Below are positions 53,613 to 64,000 of a stretch of DNA of 64,000 nt, piece after piece. Under the pieces are notes generated by a model. The model ran no database searches and had not been told where the DNA came from. It saw only the letters and a list, made by a program, of their open reading frames with translations. The stretch covers positions 23,560,001-23,624,000 of the forward strand of contig NC_045138.2 in NCBI RefSeq assembly GCF_008831285.2, given 5' to 3'. The translations under genes were made by a program, and so were the position numbers. Numbering within the stretch: the first letter of the stretch is position 1; each line of letters starts with the position of its first letter. The stretch is from Nymphaea colorata. Lineage: Eukaryota.

Positions 53613-54762
53613 CAGGGAAACCTAGCAGCACCATTTACCTTGTATTTTTCTTGGCCTTTCACCACTGCAGTCAGGCATTTGGCAACCAGCATCCTTAGAC
53701 GCATGAAAGATTTAACAGATCTAAAAATGCTTGGACCCTTGTTCGTCACGATAACAAAAATGAGTTACCAACTGTACATGAAATAATCCATGGTCAGGCG
53801 TCCAACACTGGCAGTGGGAATTTAATCAAGGCCCACCTGTACAAGCTAATCTGTTGTGCAGCCAAGCAAAATACAATTATTCACTGCAACTATCAAAGCA
53901 AAAGTTCAGTTTGAGGAGCTAACAATAATCATACAGACAGCAAACCGTCCATTGCTTTATTCAATGCTTCTGAACTTGAGTTGAAACACCTGAAGGTTTG
54001 CTGCTAACATGCACGGTCATGATCCATAACTTAATTATCCAAAAATTAAGTTACAGTGCAAGAGATAGACAACTTTAAACACATTGTTGATGGTATATTT
54101 GCCCCAGTAGCATGTTTATTTTCAACTTCCAAACATTAATCTCCATGATACTGATGACAAATGCATCATATGTTTGATCATGCAAAACCTTAATCAATAT
54201 ATTCCCATTAAAGGATTTTGCTAGTGATTTGTCAATATCAGCTGTTGCTGTACTTTTGTTCACATGTGGCTGTGTCAGCATTTAAGTAAGATTTTTCTCT
54301 TCTTTCTTCCCAAACCATAGATCATCCTTCGATAATCATCAAGAAGATTTTAGACCCCCGAAATTGTCATCATAATCAGACTCTGGTTAAAAGAGGTTGT
54401 ATTGCATATTGGCTATCTAGGAACTCATATTCGAATCCCATGCCTTACAGAACGAACCGATTCTTCCTGGTGGTTTTGTGAAATCAAAGGTGCTTTCTTC
54501 TTTTCACCCGAAATGTAACTGCTACTGATTTTTTCTGCCCCTAAGCCACAATTTTCTTTGCTCAGTCACAATGCCTTGGCACCCACGGATCTGAATGACA
54601 CTCAAATAAATTGCTCAGTCCAAAGTGCAAATTAATCTGGTTAAGCATATCTTCCAGACTACAAATTAGTCTGGGCCTTAGTGTTAAGTGTACCAAAAGA
54701 AAACTGACCACAAAACCTGAAAGCACGCCATGCTTAGAATAAAAGTAGACTGGTGTGGCTAA

Positions 54763-56667
54763 TCACCAGTAATCTCCACAAGAACACACACCATTCACCA
54801 TTCGATGGAAGCGATTGTTATCCCGCAGCAATATTTCTCTCTCATAAACCCTGGAAACTTGCTTTGCTGCATTGTGACAATCAACACAGATGCGAAGATT
54901 CTTAACAATTTGAATAGGAGATCCAGGAGCAGAGTTAATCAGGCAAAATGCAATTGCCAATTTTTCACTATGGCCAAGAAGAATCTGCTCCTTTTGTTCA
55001 TGGTCAACATCATGTAGTACACAGCTCAGATCAGGGACATAACCAGCTTCCTTAATTTTTGCAGTCATTTTCCCCAACATATCATAGATTTCCTCTCTTT
55101 GGGGATGGAACTTGTCACCAACATGAAAAGTATGAACTACTCTATTCAACTTTACCCAGCTTCTGCCTGGTTCTTTCATTACAGCCTTTTCCTTCATCAT
55201 ATACCTGACATTGGTTACATCTTTCCACTGCCCTGCTGCTGCATAAATGTTTGACATAATCACATAGTTCCCGGCATTTTGAGGTTCTATCTCAAACAAC
55301 TTTTTCGCTACATATTCACCAACAACAACATTTGCATGAACTCGACAAGCGCCAAGCAAAGATCCCCATATAGCAGGAGTTGGTTCAAAAGGCATCTGCA
55401 GGATGAAGTTTACAGCTTTATCCACCTGACCAGAACGACCCAAGAGATCAACAACACAACCATAATGCTCAGTTTCAGGTTCGATCACTTTACTATGAAC
55501 CATAAAATCAAAATATTGCAACCCTTCTTCTACCATTCCACCGTGACTACAACCAGAAAGAACAGCAAGGTATGTAACACCATCAGGCCTAACATTTTGA
55601 TTTTGCATCAATTCAAACAGTTTCACAACTTCATTCCCCAGACCATGTTTACTATATCCAACGAGCATCGCGTTCCAACTAATCACTGTTCTCTCTGTCA
55701 TTCTATCAAAAACTTGCCGTGCGTACCTGACACATCCAGATTTGGCATACATATCAATCAGAGAATTTTTCAGAACAACAAAGGTATCCATCCGTGACCT
55801 TATAGCTCGACCATGCACCTGCTTGCCATACTCTAAAGCAGCAAGCCCGGCCAAAGCATTCAAGAGACTAGCATGAGTTACATAATTTGGCTGCATTCCA
55901 GCCCTCAACAGCTGGCGGAACAACTCTAGAGCCTCATTATCAAGACCCAACTGCGAATACCCAGCAATTATTGCAGTGCAAGATACAACATCTCTCTCAG
56001 GCATTTCCTCAAAAACCATTCGTGCATCATCAATCTGGCCAGCCTTTGCGTACATATCAAGAAGAGAGCTACCAACAAAAATATGAAACTGTAATAAGGT
56101 TTTCACCGCGATGGCATGAATCTGCCGACCATGATCGAAGCCACAAGGCCCCGTGCATCCTGTGAGGACTGTAGCAAGAGTGAACTCGTTCGGGCTGACC
56201 CCACTCTCGAGCATACGAACAAAGAGTACTAAAGCATCTACTCCACAATCCTTTTGTGCATAACCAGTCATCAGTGCAGTCCAAGTGACAACGTTTCTTT
56301 CAAGCATTCGCTCAAACACTTTACGTGCATCCTCCAAGTGATCTGATTTTACGTACATCACTATGAGCCTGGTTCGGAGGTAAACGGGAGGTAAATAATG
56401 GGTTTTGATCATGTGGGCGTGGACCCTCTTTCCGGCTGTTATGGATTTCTGCGTGATGGATTCCGTCAGTACAGAGTCATAACCGTGGAAGTTGATGCCA
56501 TGGCCATGGATGGCCATCTGGAGCAGCGCCTGATTCAGCAGGCCGCTGGCACAAAGTTTCTTCAAGACCAAATCACCCGAGGCATTGGGAATAATGGCGG
56601 TGGCGAACTGACTGGTGGCCTTGAGGGAGGGAAGAAAAGGCAATGATTTCGAGTTCCTAGACAGCAT
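54763..56667 (-). CDS. PLS-E-DYW pentatricopeptide repeat protein (organellar C-to-U RNA editing factor), At3g13770/PCMP-H85-like
   Basis: Intact intronless 634 aa ORF with PLS repeats, E domains, PG box (KEPGRSW), deaminase HSEKLA...CVDCH and terminal DYW. The N-terminus FHGYD...RVHAHMIKTHYLPPVYLRTRL is recalled as At3g13770-like. Confidence 0.95.
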   Translation of the reverse strand: MLSRNSKSLPFLPSLKATSQFATAIIPNASGDLVLKKLCASGLLNQALLQMAIHGHGINFHGYDSVLTESITQKSITAGKRVHAHMIKTHYLPPVYLRTRLIVMYVKSDHLEDARKVFERMLERNVVTWTALMTGYAQKDCGVDALVLFVRMLESGVSPNEFTLATVLTGCTGPCGFDHGRQIHAIAVKTLLQFHIFVGSSLLDMYAKAGQIDDARMVFEEMPERDVVSCTAIIAGYSQLGLDNEALELFRQLLRAGMQPNYVTHASLLNALAGLAALEYGKQVHGRAIRSRMDTFVVLKNSLIDMYAKSGCVRYARQVFDRMTERTVISWNAMLVGYSKHGLGNEVVKLFELMQNQNVRPDGVTYLAVLSGCSHGGMVEEGLQYFDFMVHSKVIEPETEHYGCVVDLLGRSGQVDKAVNFILQMPFEPTPAIWGSLLGACRVHANVVVGEYVAKKLFEIEPQNAGNYVIMSNIYAAAGQWKDVTNVRYMMKEKAVMKEPGRSWVKLNRVVHTFHVGDKFHPQREEIYDMLGKMTAKIKEAGYVPDLSCVLHDVDHEQKEQILLGHSEKLAIAFCLINSAPGSPIQIVKNLRICVDCHNAAKQVSRVYEREILLRDNNRFHRMVNGVCSCGDYW

Positions 56668-57439
56668 TCTTCCGACCGAAATCCATTAGATTAACCCCCT
56701 TTTCTCCCTGATCTAAGGTTATGCTTGGATGGATGGGAGAAAGAATGTATTTTAATAGATGAAAAGGAAATAAAAAGAAAGGAAGGGAAAATTGACGAGG
56801 AGAAATGAAAAAAAAAGAAAAAGAAATAAAAGAAACTATTAAAAAATTTATTTGGATAAGAAAGAAACAAAATGAAAGGAAATACAAAATTATGTTTGTT
56901 TAACTATGTAAAGGAAACAAAAGAAAATTATTTAATTTAATTGATGAAAATATCCTTTACACCCTTCTATCATTGTAGGATCTCTCTCATTTGCTTTTCT
57001 TTTCTCTCGCCTTTTTCTTTTTGTCTCTACAATAAGTTGAAACCTATTGAATAATAGGTCAACAACTCTTATAGCAGAAGTTGGTCATCCATTTTTCTTT
57101 CTCACAAAAAAAAAATGTTAGTAACTATGATAATTTGAATAGCATTGGTCAATATTGACATCAAAACTAAATATGTTATTCAAACACAGTAGAAAATTAC
57201 AAATTTGCATTTTCATATATTATGATGTGTATAATTAGCTAAAAGAACAAGTATAATGTCATTTGATTAACAAAACATATAGTTATGAACTCTCAAGTAA
57301 TTGTAACTATAAACCTAAAAAATGTCCAAATATGACAATTAGCTCCTGAAAAACATAAGAAATGACAAATGATAATCACGAAAGAATGTGAGAATATGAC
57401 AAGTAGTTCAAAAAACATCATAAAAATGTTCAAAACTCA

Positions 57440-60400
57440 AACAGATAACTTCAACATCCCAAGCAAGATCTCCATTCTCTAAGAACAGGGAGAACCAAAG
57501 AATTGCCTCAATCCTTTTTTATTCTTAGTAAGGAAAATATATGCTTTTGTATGTAACTCTTTTTGAAGTTCAATTACTTTCAACTCTAGATATACAACTT
57601 CAACTGAGTATGTAAACAATCCACTCCTCTAAAAAATAGCGGCAAATACTTTCTTTAGATATTATACTGTTTTTTCTAATTGCAGCAACAATCAATTCAA
57701 TCACATATTTGATCTTTCAAGTTCTTTTTCATTATAGCTCACTTTTTTGTATGCTTTGATGAAGAACTTGGAGTAGGATCAACTTCATGCACTTCACAGT
57801 CATCGCTTATGTTGACAAAAGGTTTTAGCATTACTTGATTATGAGAAATCATCTCATCAATATGCTGGATAGTAACTCCACAAGTTTTATGACTTGAATT
57901 TATTGAAGACATTAGACACAACCTTTCTTTTGCTGTCATAAATCTTTCTCTAAGTGCTCTATCTTGCCTAAATAAAGTCAGTAGTTTGCCATAATTACTT
58001 GGTAGAGGTGTAGATCTTCATTTCTCTGCCTGTAAAATTGCCTATAAAAAGATGAAAAACATACAAAGGAACTCAATAATGCATAGTACAAAGAATTTAC
58101 AAAAACAAGATTCCATTAAATAGTTAACATACTAAAGCCACTTTTGGTTTAGTAATCTACATATTTGTTATTTGGTGAATGTTCAATCTACTTAAGCCAT
58201 TTTTGAAAATGTCATAGCACTTGTTGAAGATGAATTTCAATTCATGTGATTTTTGATGCGATCATTTGTTAAGGTCTTGTCAAATTTGTCATTTACCATT
58301 GTCATAATATTATCATGTGCAGTAAAAATGTCATTTACCCTATTATCGATCACATGTTGCAGTAATAAAGCATCAATAAGTGTTTAATATTATCTAAATC
58401 GATAACAAAACAAAGCACTTCAAACTGAGCCAAAAATCAAATTATTGAGCTAATAGGAAACATACCATTAAGCAAAGTTCAAATATTAGATTCTCGTACA
58501 ACCAAAAGAGCAAGTATATATATATATATATATATGTGTGTGAACATGTCATATTGATATAGCTAATCAATTTATTGGAGCTTGTAACTGATAGTCTTGC
58601 CACATAGCTAAGGATATAGTTTGTTGCGTAATTTCTCTAGCTTTAGAGTCTTCGCTTTAATTTACTTGAGAATAATAATCGTCATTAGGTTGATTTAAAA
58701 GTTATGAATCAACTTCATCAATAATGTTATCAACTAGATTTACACCTATGAGATAATTATATAGAAAATGACATGATAAAATGATACATGTTTGTGTGTC
58801 ACATGAGCAGACTTGCTCTATAGAACTAGCTATAATAGGAAATCTCTTTTTTAAAATGCCAAAAAATCTTTCAATGACATTACTTAAAGTAGCATGTCAA
58901 TGATTATACAACTTCTTTTCATTCTATGGGCCTTGTTTGAAATATTCTTTTAAATGATACCATATGCCTTTTGAAATGAGTAACAAGTTCACTCTTTAAT
59001 GGAAAGACAACATCAACATGATAATATTTACCCAAAAAAATTAAAATAAAGTGACATTGTTGAGTTTATATTCACAACAATACTACACATATAACTTTGA
59101 AATGATAATTATCTTTAGGAATTCTTAATTGATCTTCTCTTGTCAAAATATTTTTTATTATTCATAAACCAAAAATAGTTCTTTCCCATCTAACTAATAA
59201 ATAGGTAAATTTCATATTGAAAGAACATGCTACTAATATATTTTGAGTTGAATGGTCTTTCCAAACCATGATATCTTGGTGCACCATTGAAAGATACTCT
59301 AAGGCAAACATGTGTTCCATCAAGGGTAGCCCAACCAATGAAGAAAGAGCTGGCTTGTGGAGCTTACTCATCTTTCCAAAGATGTAGGGGGTTCCCAACA
59401 TCATGTAGTGTCTCCTTTAAGAAGAAAGGATTGCTGTTGTGAGTGATCATGCTTGATAGAGAATGATGGATCTTGCATCAACACAATTTTGAAATGCACA
59501 TTAATTTAAATGACAGGTTTAGAAGATTATCAAATATAAAAACTTAATTATTTTTGTACTTGAAATACAGATAAAACCTACTATTTCATAAACTTTCATT
59601 CAACGCAGTTGATCCATCGAATTGTTGTTTCAACTTTTTTTAATAGTGAATTATAGATCTCAAAATGTATTGGAAATACTGAGATATTGTCTCTATGGAC
59701 TATTGAAACCAAAATTGAACTGAACAATGTTCATATGTAAGAGATAACATTAGGAGAAAAAAGATAACTTGCTCTTCTACTTTGCAGTGCATGGTACTAT
59801 GTTGTCCACCATCACTTTGAAGAGTGTAACATAATTATTTGACAGTTGTTGTCCCCGTGCGTGTCATGTTGTGATGTTATATATCATATTTTAGGTTATA
59901 TATTATTTGATCTTTAACCTTTTGTGTTTCTTCAAATGATAATCCAATTGATTGAATGTTTTCTTTGATGATGTCTTCGGTGAATGAAATAGTAAATAAT
60001 ATAACCTAAATTGGAGCTAAAACTTGTTCTTGAGCGATCAATTCTTCTTGAAATGTCATCCATGCTATTAAAGCTCTCTTGTTGAGACGTCTCATGTTTT
60101 CTAAGACAATCAAAATAATATTATGCATAAGAACTATCATTTATTATGATACGTTTTAGTACAATCATAGTGGTTAGTAATCAAACAAAGTATAAGAAAC
60201 TATATATGACAATTGCAAATACAAAAAACAGCAAACACATGAAACAAAGCAAGTAAAAAAAAAGCCACTAGAAGGTTTAATGATTCTTGCTTACAATTGT
60301 TAGACAAGGGATAAAAACCAAGAAGTGGGTGGTGAGACTGAATCTAACCTATACAATGGATTAAGAAATTATAATATGAACTAATATTAGCTTCACATAT

Positions 60401-61150
60401 AACTGCAACTAACAATTAAACTAACAAGAAATACCAATTGAAAAAGGGTAAGGAAAAGACACAAAGCTGAGATCAAAATAAATAAATAAATAGTTTTATA
60501 TTTATATAAAAAACAAAACAAGTGTCATATGACAACACTAAGGCCATTCTCGCTTTGATAAATGATTAATGAAACCAAAACTTGCTGATAGGAATGCTTG
60601 CTAGGAAGGTTGTAAAGATACATTTTTAAACTTAATATAAAAATGTTCTTCCTCATATTTCTCACCAACTCATCATATTTATTGGCAGGTTCAACTTCTA
60701 ATATTATATTATATTTATCAAAAGCGAAAACCTGAATTTAAATTTTTTCACTATTGCCATCTTATCTACTTGTTTTGTCTTCCCAGCATCTTGGCCGTAT
60801 AGAGCTTCTAATCTAAGATCATATTTCTTGTGCGAGCCAAACATAACAGCACCTACTTTAGGAATTTTCAGCATCAAAATTTTACGACAATTAGTACCTT
60901 CCATTTGGAATGAACACGTAGTTAGCATGCATTAGTTTACATTTGAGAGAGAGACATGGCTGCACTGTAACTGTCTCTTAATCTCTCCAACAACATAAAT
61001 TTCAAAGTGAAAGTCCCTTGAAATGGGAAGGAAAATCGACCTTTGAACCATTATCATATTTTGTGACATATTTGTAAGGACAATAAACAATTGTGAGAAA
61101 TACTGCATAAATCATGGGGCAAGCAGCAAGTTCTTAGATGACATCTAACA
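57440..61150 (-). mobile_element. Decayed autonomous-type PIF/Harbinger transposon
   Basis: Minus-strand transposase remnants: VEEQVIFFL..FQ*SIETISQYF (~59670-59780), QNILVACSFNMKFTYLLVRWE (~59190-59250), GKYYHVD (~59012-59032) and HATLSNVIERFFGILKKRFPI (~58835-58897). Myb/SANT-like remnant DNIMTMVNDKFDKTLTNDRIKNH..CYDIFKNGLS (~58190-58320). TIRs were not located. Confidence 0.8.
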
Positions 61151-62008
61151 CTTTGAAGCTTGAGAATGTAGAAAAGCATTGGAAAATCATCAGTAGAGGA
61201 AAAGCAAAAAACACTATACATGATTTAAATCAGCAAAAACTGCTTCAAGTGCACTTTTTCTTTTCCAAATAAATACAAACCACATAAAAGTTTTAGATAA
61301 AGTATGCTTTGAATGAAAAACAATAATTCTTGTATGCTTCTATATGAAATCCTATGACCATTGCCCGATTTTCCCCCACCTCTGTGCCCAATTTTGCCAT
61401 AACATATTCAACATATTTCATCATTCATTTGTGTAGCCGTTGACAGCCGGCACACCTCCAGTTGTCAAAAGAAGCTACTGGAAGAAGACAACACCCTATT
61501 TTGCCATAAAATCTGGTTGAATTTTTTCTTAGCATTTCCTCCATGTTCCATGAGATTCATGCATGCAAAAGGAAGGAGTAGCTATTAGCGGTTAAGGTTT
61601 ACCCACTTCTATCATTTAGCCATTTCCAATTGATTCAATGTGTGCATTTATGAGTGTTGATATTTGAGAATGGTAACATATTAAGCATGTTAAATTCTTG
61701 TTTTTTTTTGTTTATTCAGGATGCATAATGTTCTTAAATACTCTACCTTGTTTTTGGGCTTTACCACTAACCATTTTATCGTAATGTCTGGAAATTGCTT
61801 TATTGAATGGAGATGGGGGAAAATGAACTTATCTAAAGGGAACAAATATCTATGAGCAATTGTGAAGTGAGGGAGTTGAAATCAAGTTGAAGGTTTATCT
61901 TTAGAGAATAATGTCAGTTCTAATTGAAATGAAATGTCACATGTCTTAGGTTAAACAATCTTTGTAAATAAGTTAGATTGATGTCCTAATAATCAAATTT
62001 TTATGTAA

Positions 62009-62183
62009 GGTTATAAAGTGACGATGAGCCATCTACGTACTAGCTGTTGCATTGTAGATGTGGACAATTAGCACCGGTTTGAACCATAGGACTTGGGTTA
62101 TAAGGTGACGATGAGCCATCTACGTACTAGCTGTTGCATTGTAGATGTGGACAAGTAGCACCGGTTTGAACCATAGGACTTGG
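62009..62183. repeat. ~87 bp near-perfect tandem duplication
   Basis: ggttataa.gtgacgatgagccatctacgtac...gaaccataggacttgg x2. Confidence 0.95.
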
Positions 62184-62461
62184 ATCAAACATGGTAGACT
62201 CTTTTATGGATGTGAAAATTGGTTGTGGACTAAATAGAGATGAACATGTGATTTACCTTAAAAGTTTCTTTATACGAAGTAACACACACATATCCTGCCT
62301 AAGCAGGGCAGAACTAGGATTTTTTTCAGGGGCGGGCCAAATGGTTTGCGAGTCGAGCCAAGAGGAGCGACATGTCAGGTCAAGAGGAGCGACGGGTAAG
62401 GCCAAACTAAAAAAAATTGATTTTTTAATATAAAAAAATTTCTTGTGCTCACCCGGGCCAT

Positions 62462-63331
62462 TAGGGCTGGGCATCGGGCCGGCCCAGCCTACTAAAAATA
62501 TAAAATCCAAGCCTGGTATTGAAAACGGGTCAGCCCGAGACCTGGCCCGTTTTTAAATGGGTCGGGCCGGGCCCTTGCAAAATCGGGCCTCGGGCTTTGA
62601 TTTATACCCAAGGCCTGGCCCGGCCCGGCCCAATTATTAATGAGCTGGGCCGAGCTTTTTCGGGCCGAACCACACCAATTTCTTCTCTCTCATTGACTTT
62701 TTAGTTTTACCCTGCTGCCGTGAAGGGCATCCGAGCAAGCGGGTGCCCCTTTCTGTGGATCGTGCGTGAGTAAGACTGGCTGCCGAAGGAGGATTTGACG
62801 GCAAGGGCCTAGTGGTGACCTAGTGCGAGCAGATGAATGTCCTCTCTCATCCCTCCATTGGCGGCTTCTTCACGCACTGCGATTGGAACTCCACTACCGA
62901 GGGCATATGACCTGCGCTTCCTCACTTTTGCCATTGTCGTAGACCAAAGTTGCAACAACAAAATGATATGGAGATGGTGGGCAGGGAGAAAATAGCGGCG
63001 ATGGTGAGGAAGGTGATGAATTTAGAAAGGAAGGACAATAAGGAAATGAGGTGGAGAGGCAGGGAGTTCAATGGCAACGTGAAGTAGTCGTGAATGAAGA
63101 ACAACGAAAGACCCTAACATAAGTTTATTTTCAAAAAAAAAAAAATTATCGTCGGGCTTCCCGGGCCCCCGACGATCAAAGTCGCAGGCCCGAGCCCGGT
63201 CCGTTGGTTACCAGGCCGGGTCGAGCCCATTAATATAAGCCCGATAATCAAATTTTCAAGGCCCGAGCCCGGGTCCGTGTCGGGCCAGGTACCGGGTATC
63301 CGACCGTGGCCCGGCCCGGTGCCCAGGCTTA
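62462..63331. mobile_element. hAT-like non-autonomous TIR element carrying a host gene fragment (Pack-type)
   Basis: TIRs TAGGGCTGGGCATCGGGCCGG / CCGGCCCGGTGCCCAGGCTTA, GGCCC-rich subterminal repeats, and 8 bp flanks CGGGCCAT / CGGTCAAT (6/8 match). Confidence 0.75.
62710..63100 (+). pseudogene. UDP-glycosyltransferase (GT1/UGT) C-terminal fragment with PSPG box
   Basis: KGIRASGCPFLWIVRE*...[35 protein letters not shown]...FLTFAIVVDQSCN...MVGREKIAAMVRKVMNLERKDNKEMRWRGREF, with stops and frameshifts. Not in the ORF track. Confidence 0.88.
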
Positions 63332-64000
63332 CGGTCAATTTTCTTTTACTTTCTCAAGTATTCACAAACTTTGATGTGGACGTCACTTGTTTTTACTCCA
63401 ACGCTACCTTTGGCCACAAAAATGGATTTGGATCTGACAAGTCCGGTCACGCCAGAACAGGCAACTCACGTTGTCAGATCCGAGTAAAGTCGAGGGTATA
63501 TGTTTCCCAGTCCACTGCTACCATATAACCCAAACCTGATCTCTGATTCTCTAGATAATCAATTTACATCCCTGAGATTGAGAAGACTATCTGTATCCAA
63601 TGTTTTATGCTCATGAAACTATAATGGATTTGAATACTAGTCGGGTTTGAAATGGAACCCATCAAAAAGTATAATTAGCTATTTGTCTAAATATATATGT
63701 AGTTATGAGGGATATAATCAGTTTGGATTGAGGTTGGATCCATCTTTCACTGACTTTAATTACATCTTTCACTGACTTTAATTATAATCGGATCTGGATT
63801 AAGACTTGGATTCCAACCTTGATTCTAAAATCGAATTTGCATCCAACTAGCACCTTGACAAATATCAGATTTGATAATTCGGTTGAATCCTCATCAGATC
63901 TCAGTCGGATATAAAATTCAGAGTGTAATTCAGAGTGTTGATTATGAATTTGTATGACAAATCTGATTCAGAACTGTTTACCAGATCCAACTAAATAAAT

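Noticed and set aside
55279..56646. Plus-strand ORFs opposite the PPR gene
   Set aside because: Antisense shadows of the PPR CDS.
8628..56667. CesA, SPL, PPR and UGT as a functional gene cluster
   Set aside because: The functions are unrelated, the UGT is a TE-borne fragment, and the sequence shows no co-regulation.

Overview
Plant (angiosperm) nuclear DNA with three intact genes in a matrix of decayed mobile elements. The genes are a 14-exon CesA3-clade cellulose synthase (+, 8628-15207), a 3-exon SPL9/IPA1-like SBP-box gene with an ~8 kb TE-filled first intron and an overlapping miR156/miR529 site (+, 23117-32579), and an intronless PLS-E-DYW PPR gene (-, 54763-56667). The window opens inside an endogenous caulimovirid (1-3883). 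It contains the RNase H end, unassigned downstream ORFs and a duplicated promoter region, and it is rearranged into a ~380 bp inverted repeat. Other elements are two decayed LINEs, a decayed Copia element, Gypsy fragments, a decayed PIF/Harbinger element, several MITEs, a probable SINE and a hAT-like TIR element carrying a captured UDP-glycosyltransferase fragment. The best leads are the viral hairpin/antisense locus, the post-RNase H viral ORFs, the Pack-hAT with the UGT PSPG box and a polypurine/polypyrimidine fold-back MITE in the SPL intron. All calls were made by eye with no database searches, and TE boundaries are approximate unless TIRs/TSDs are cited.
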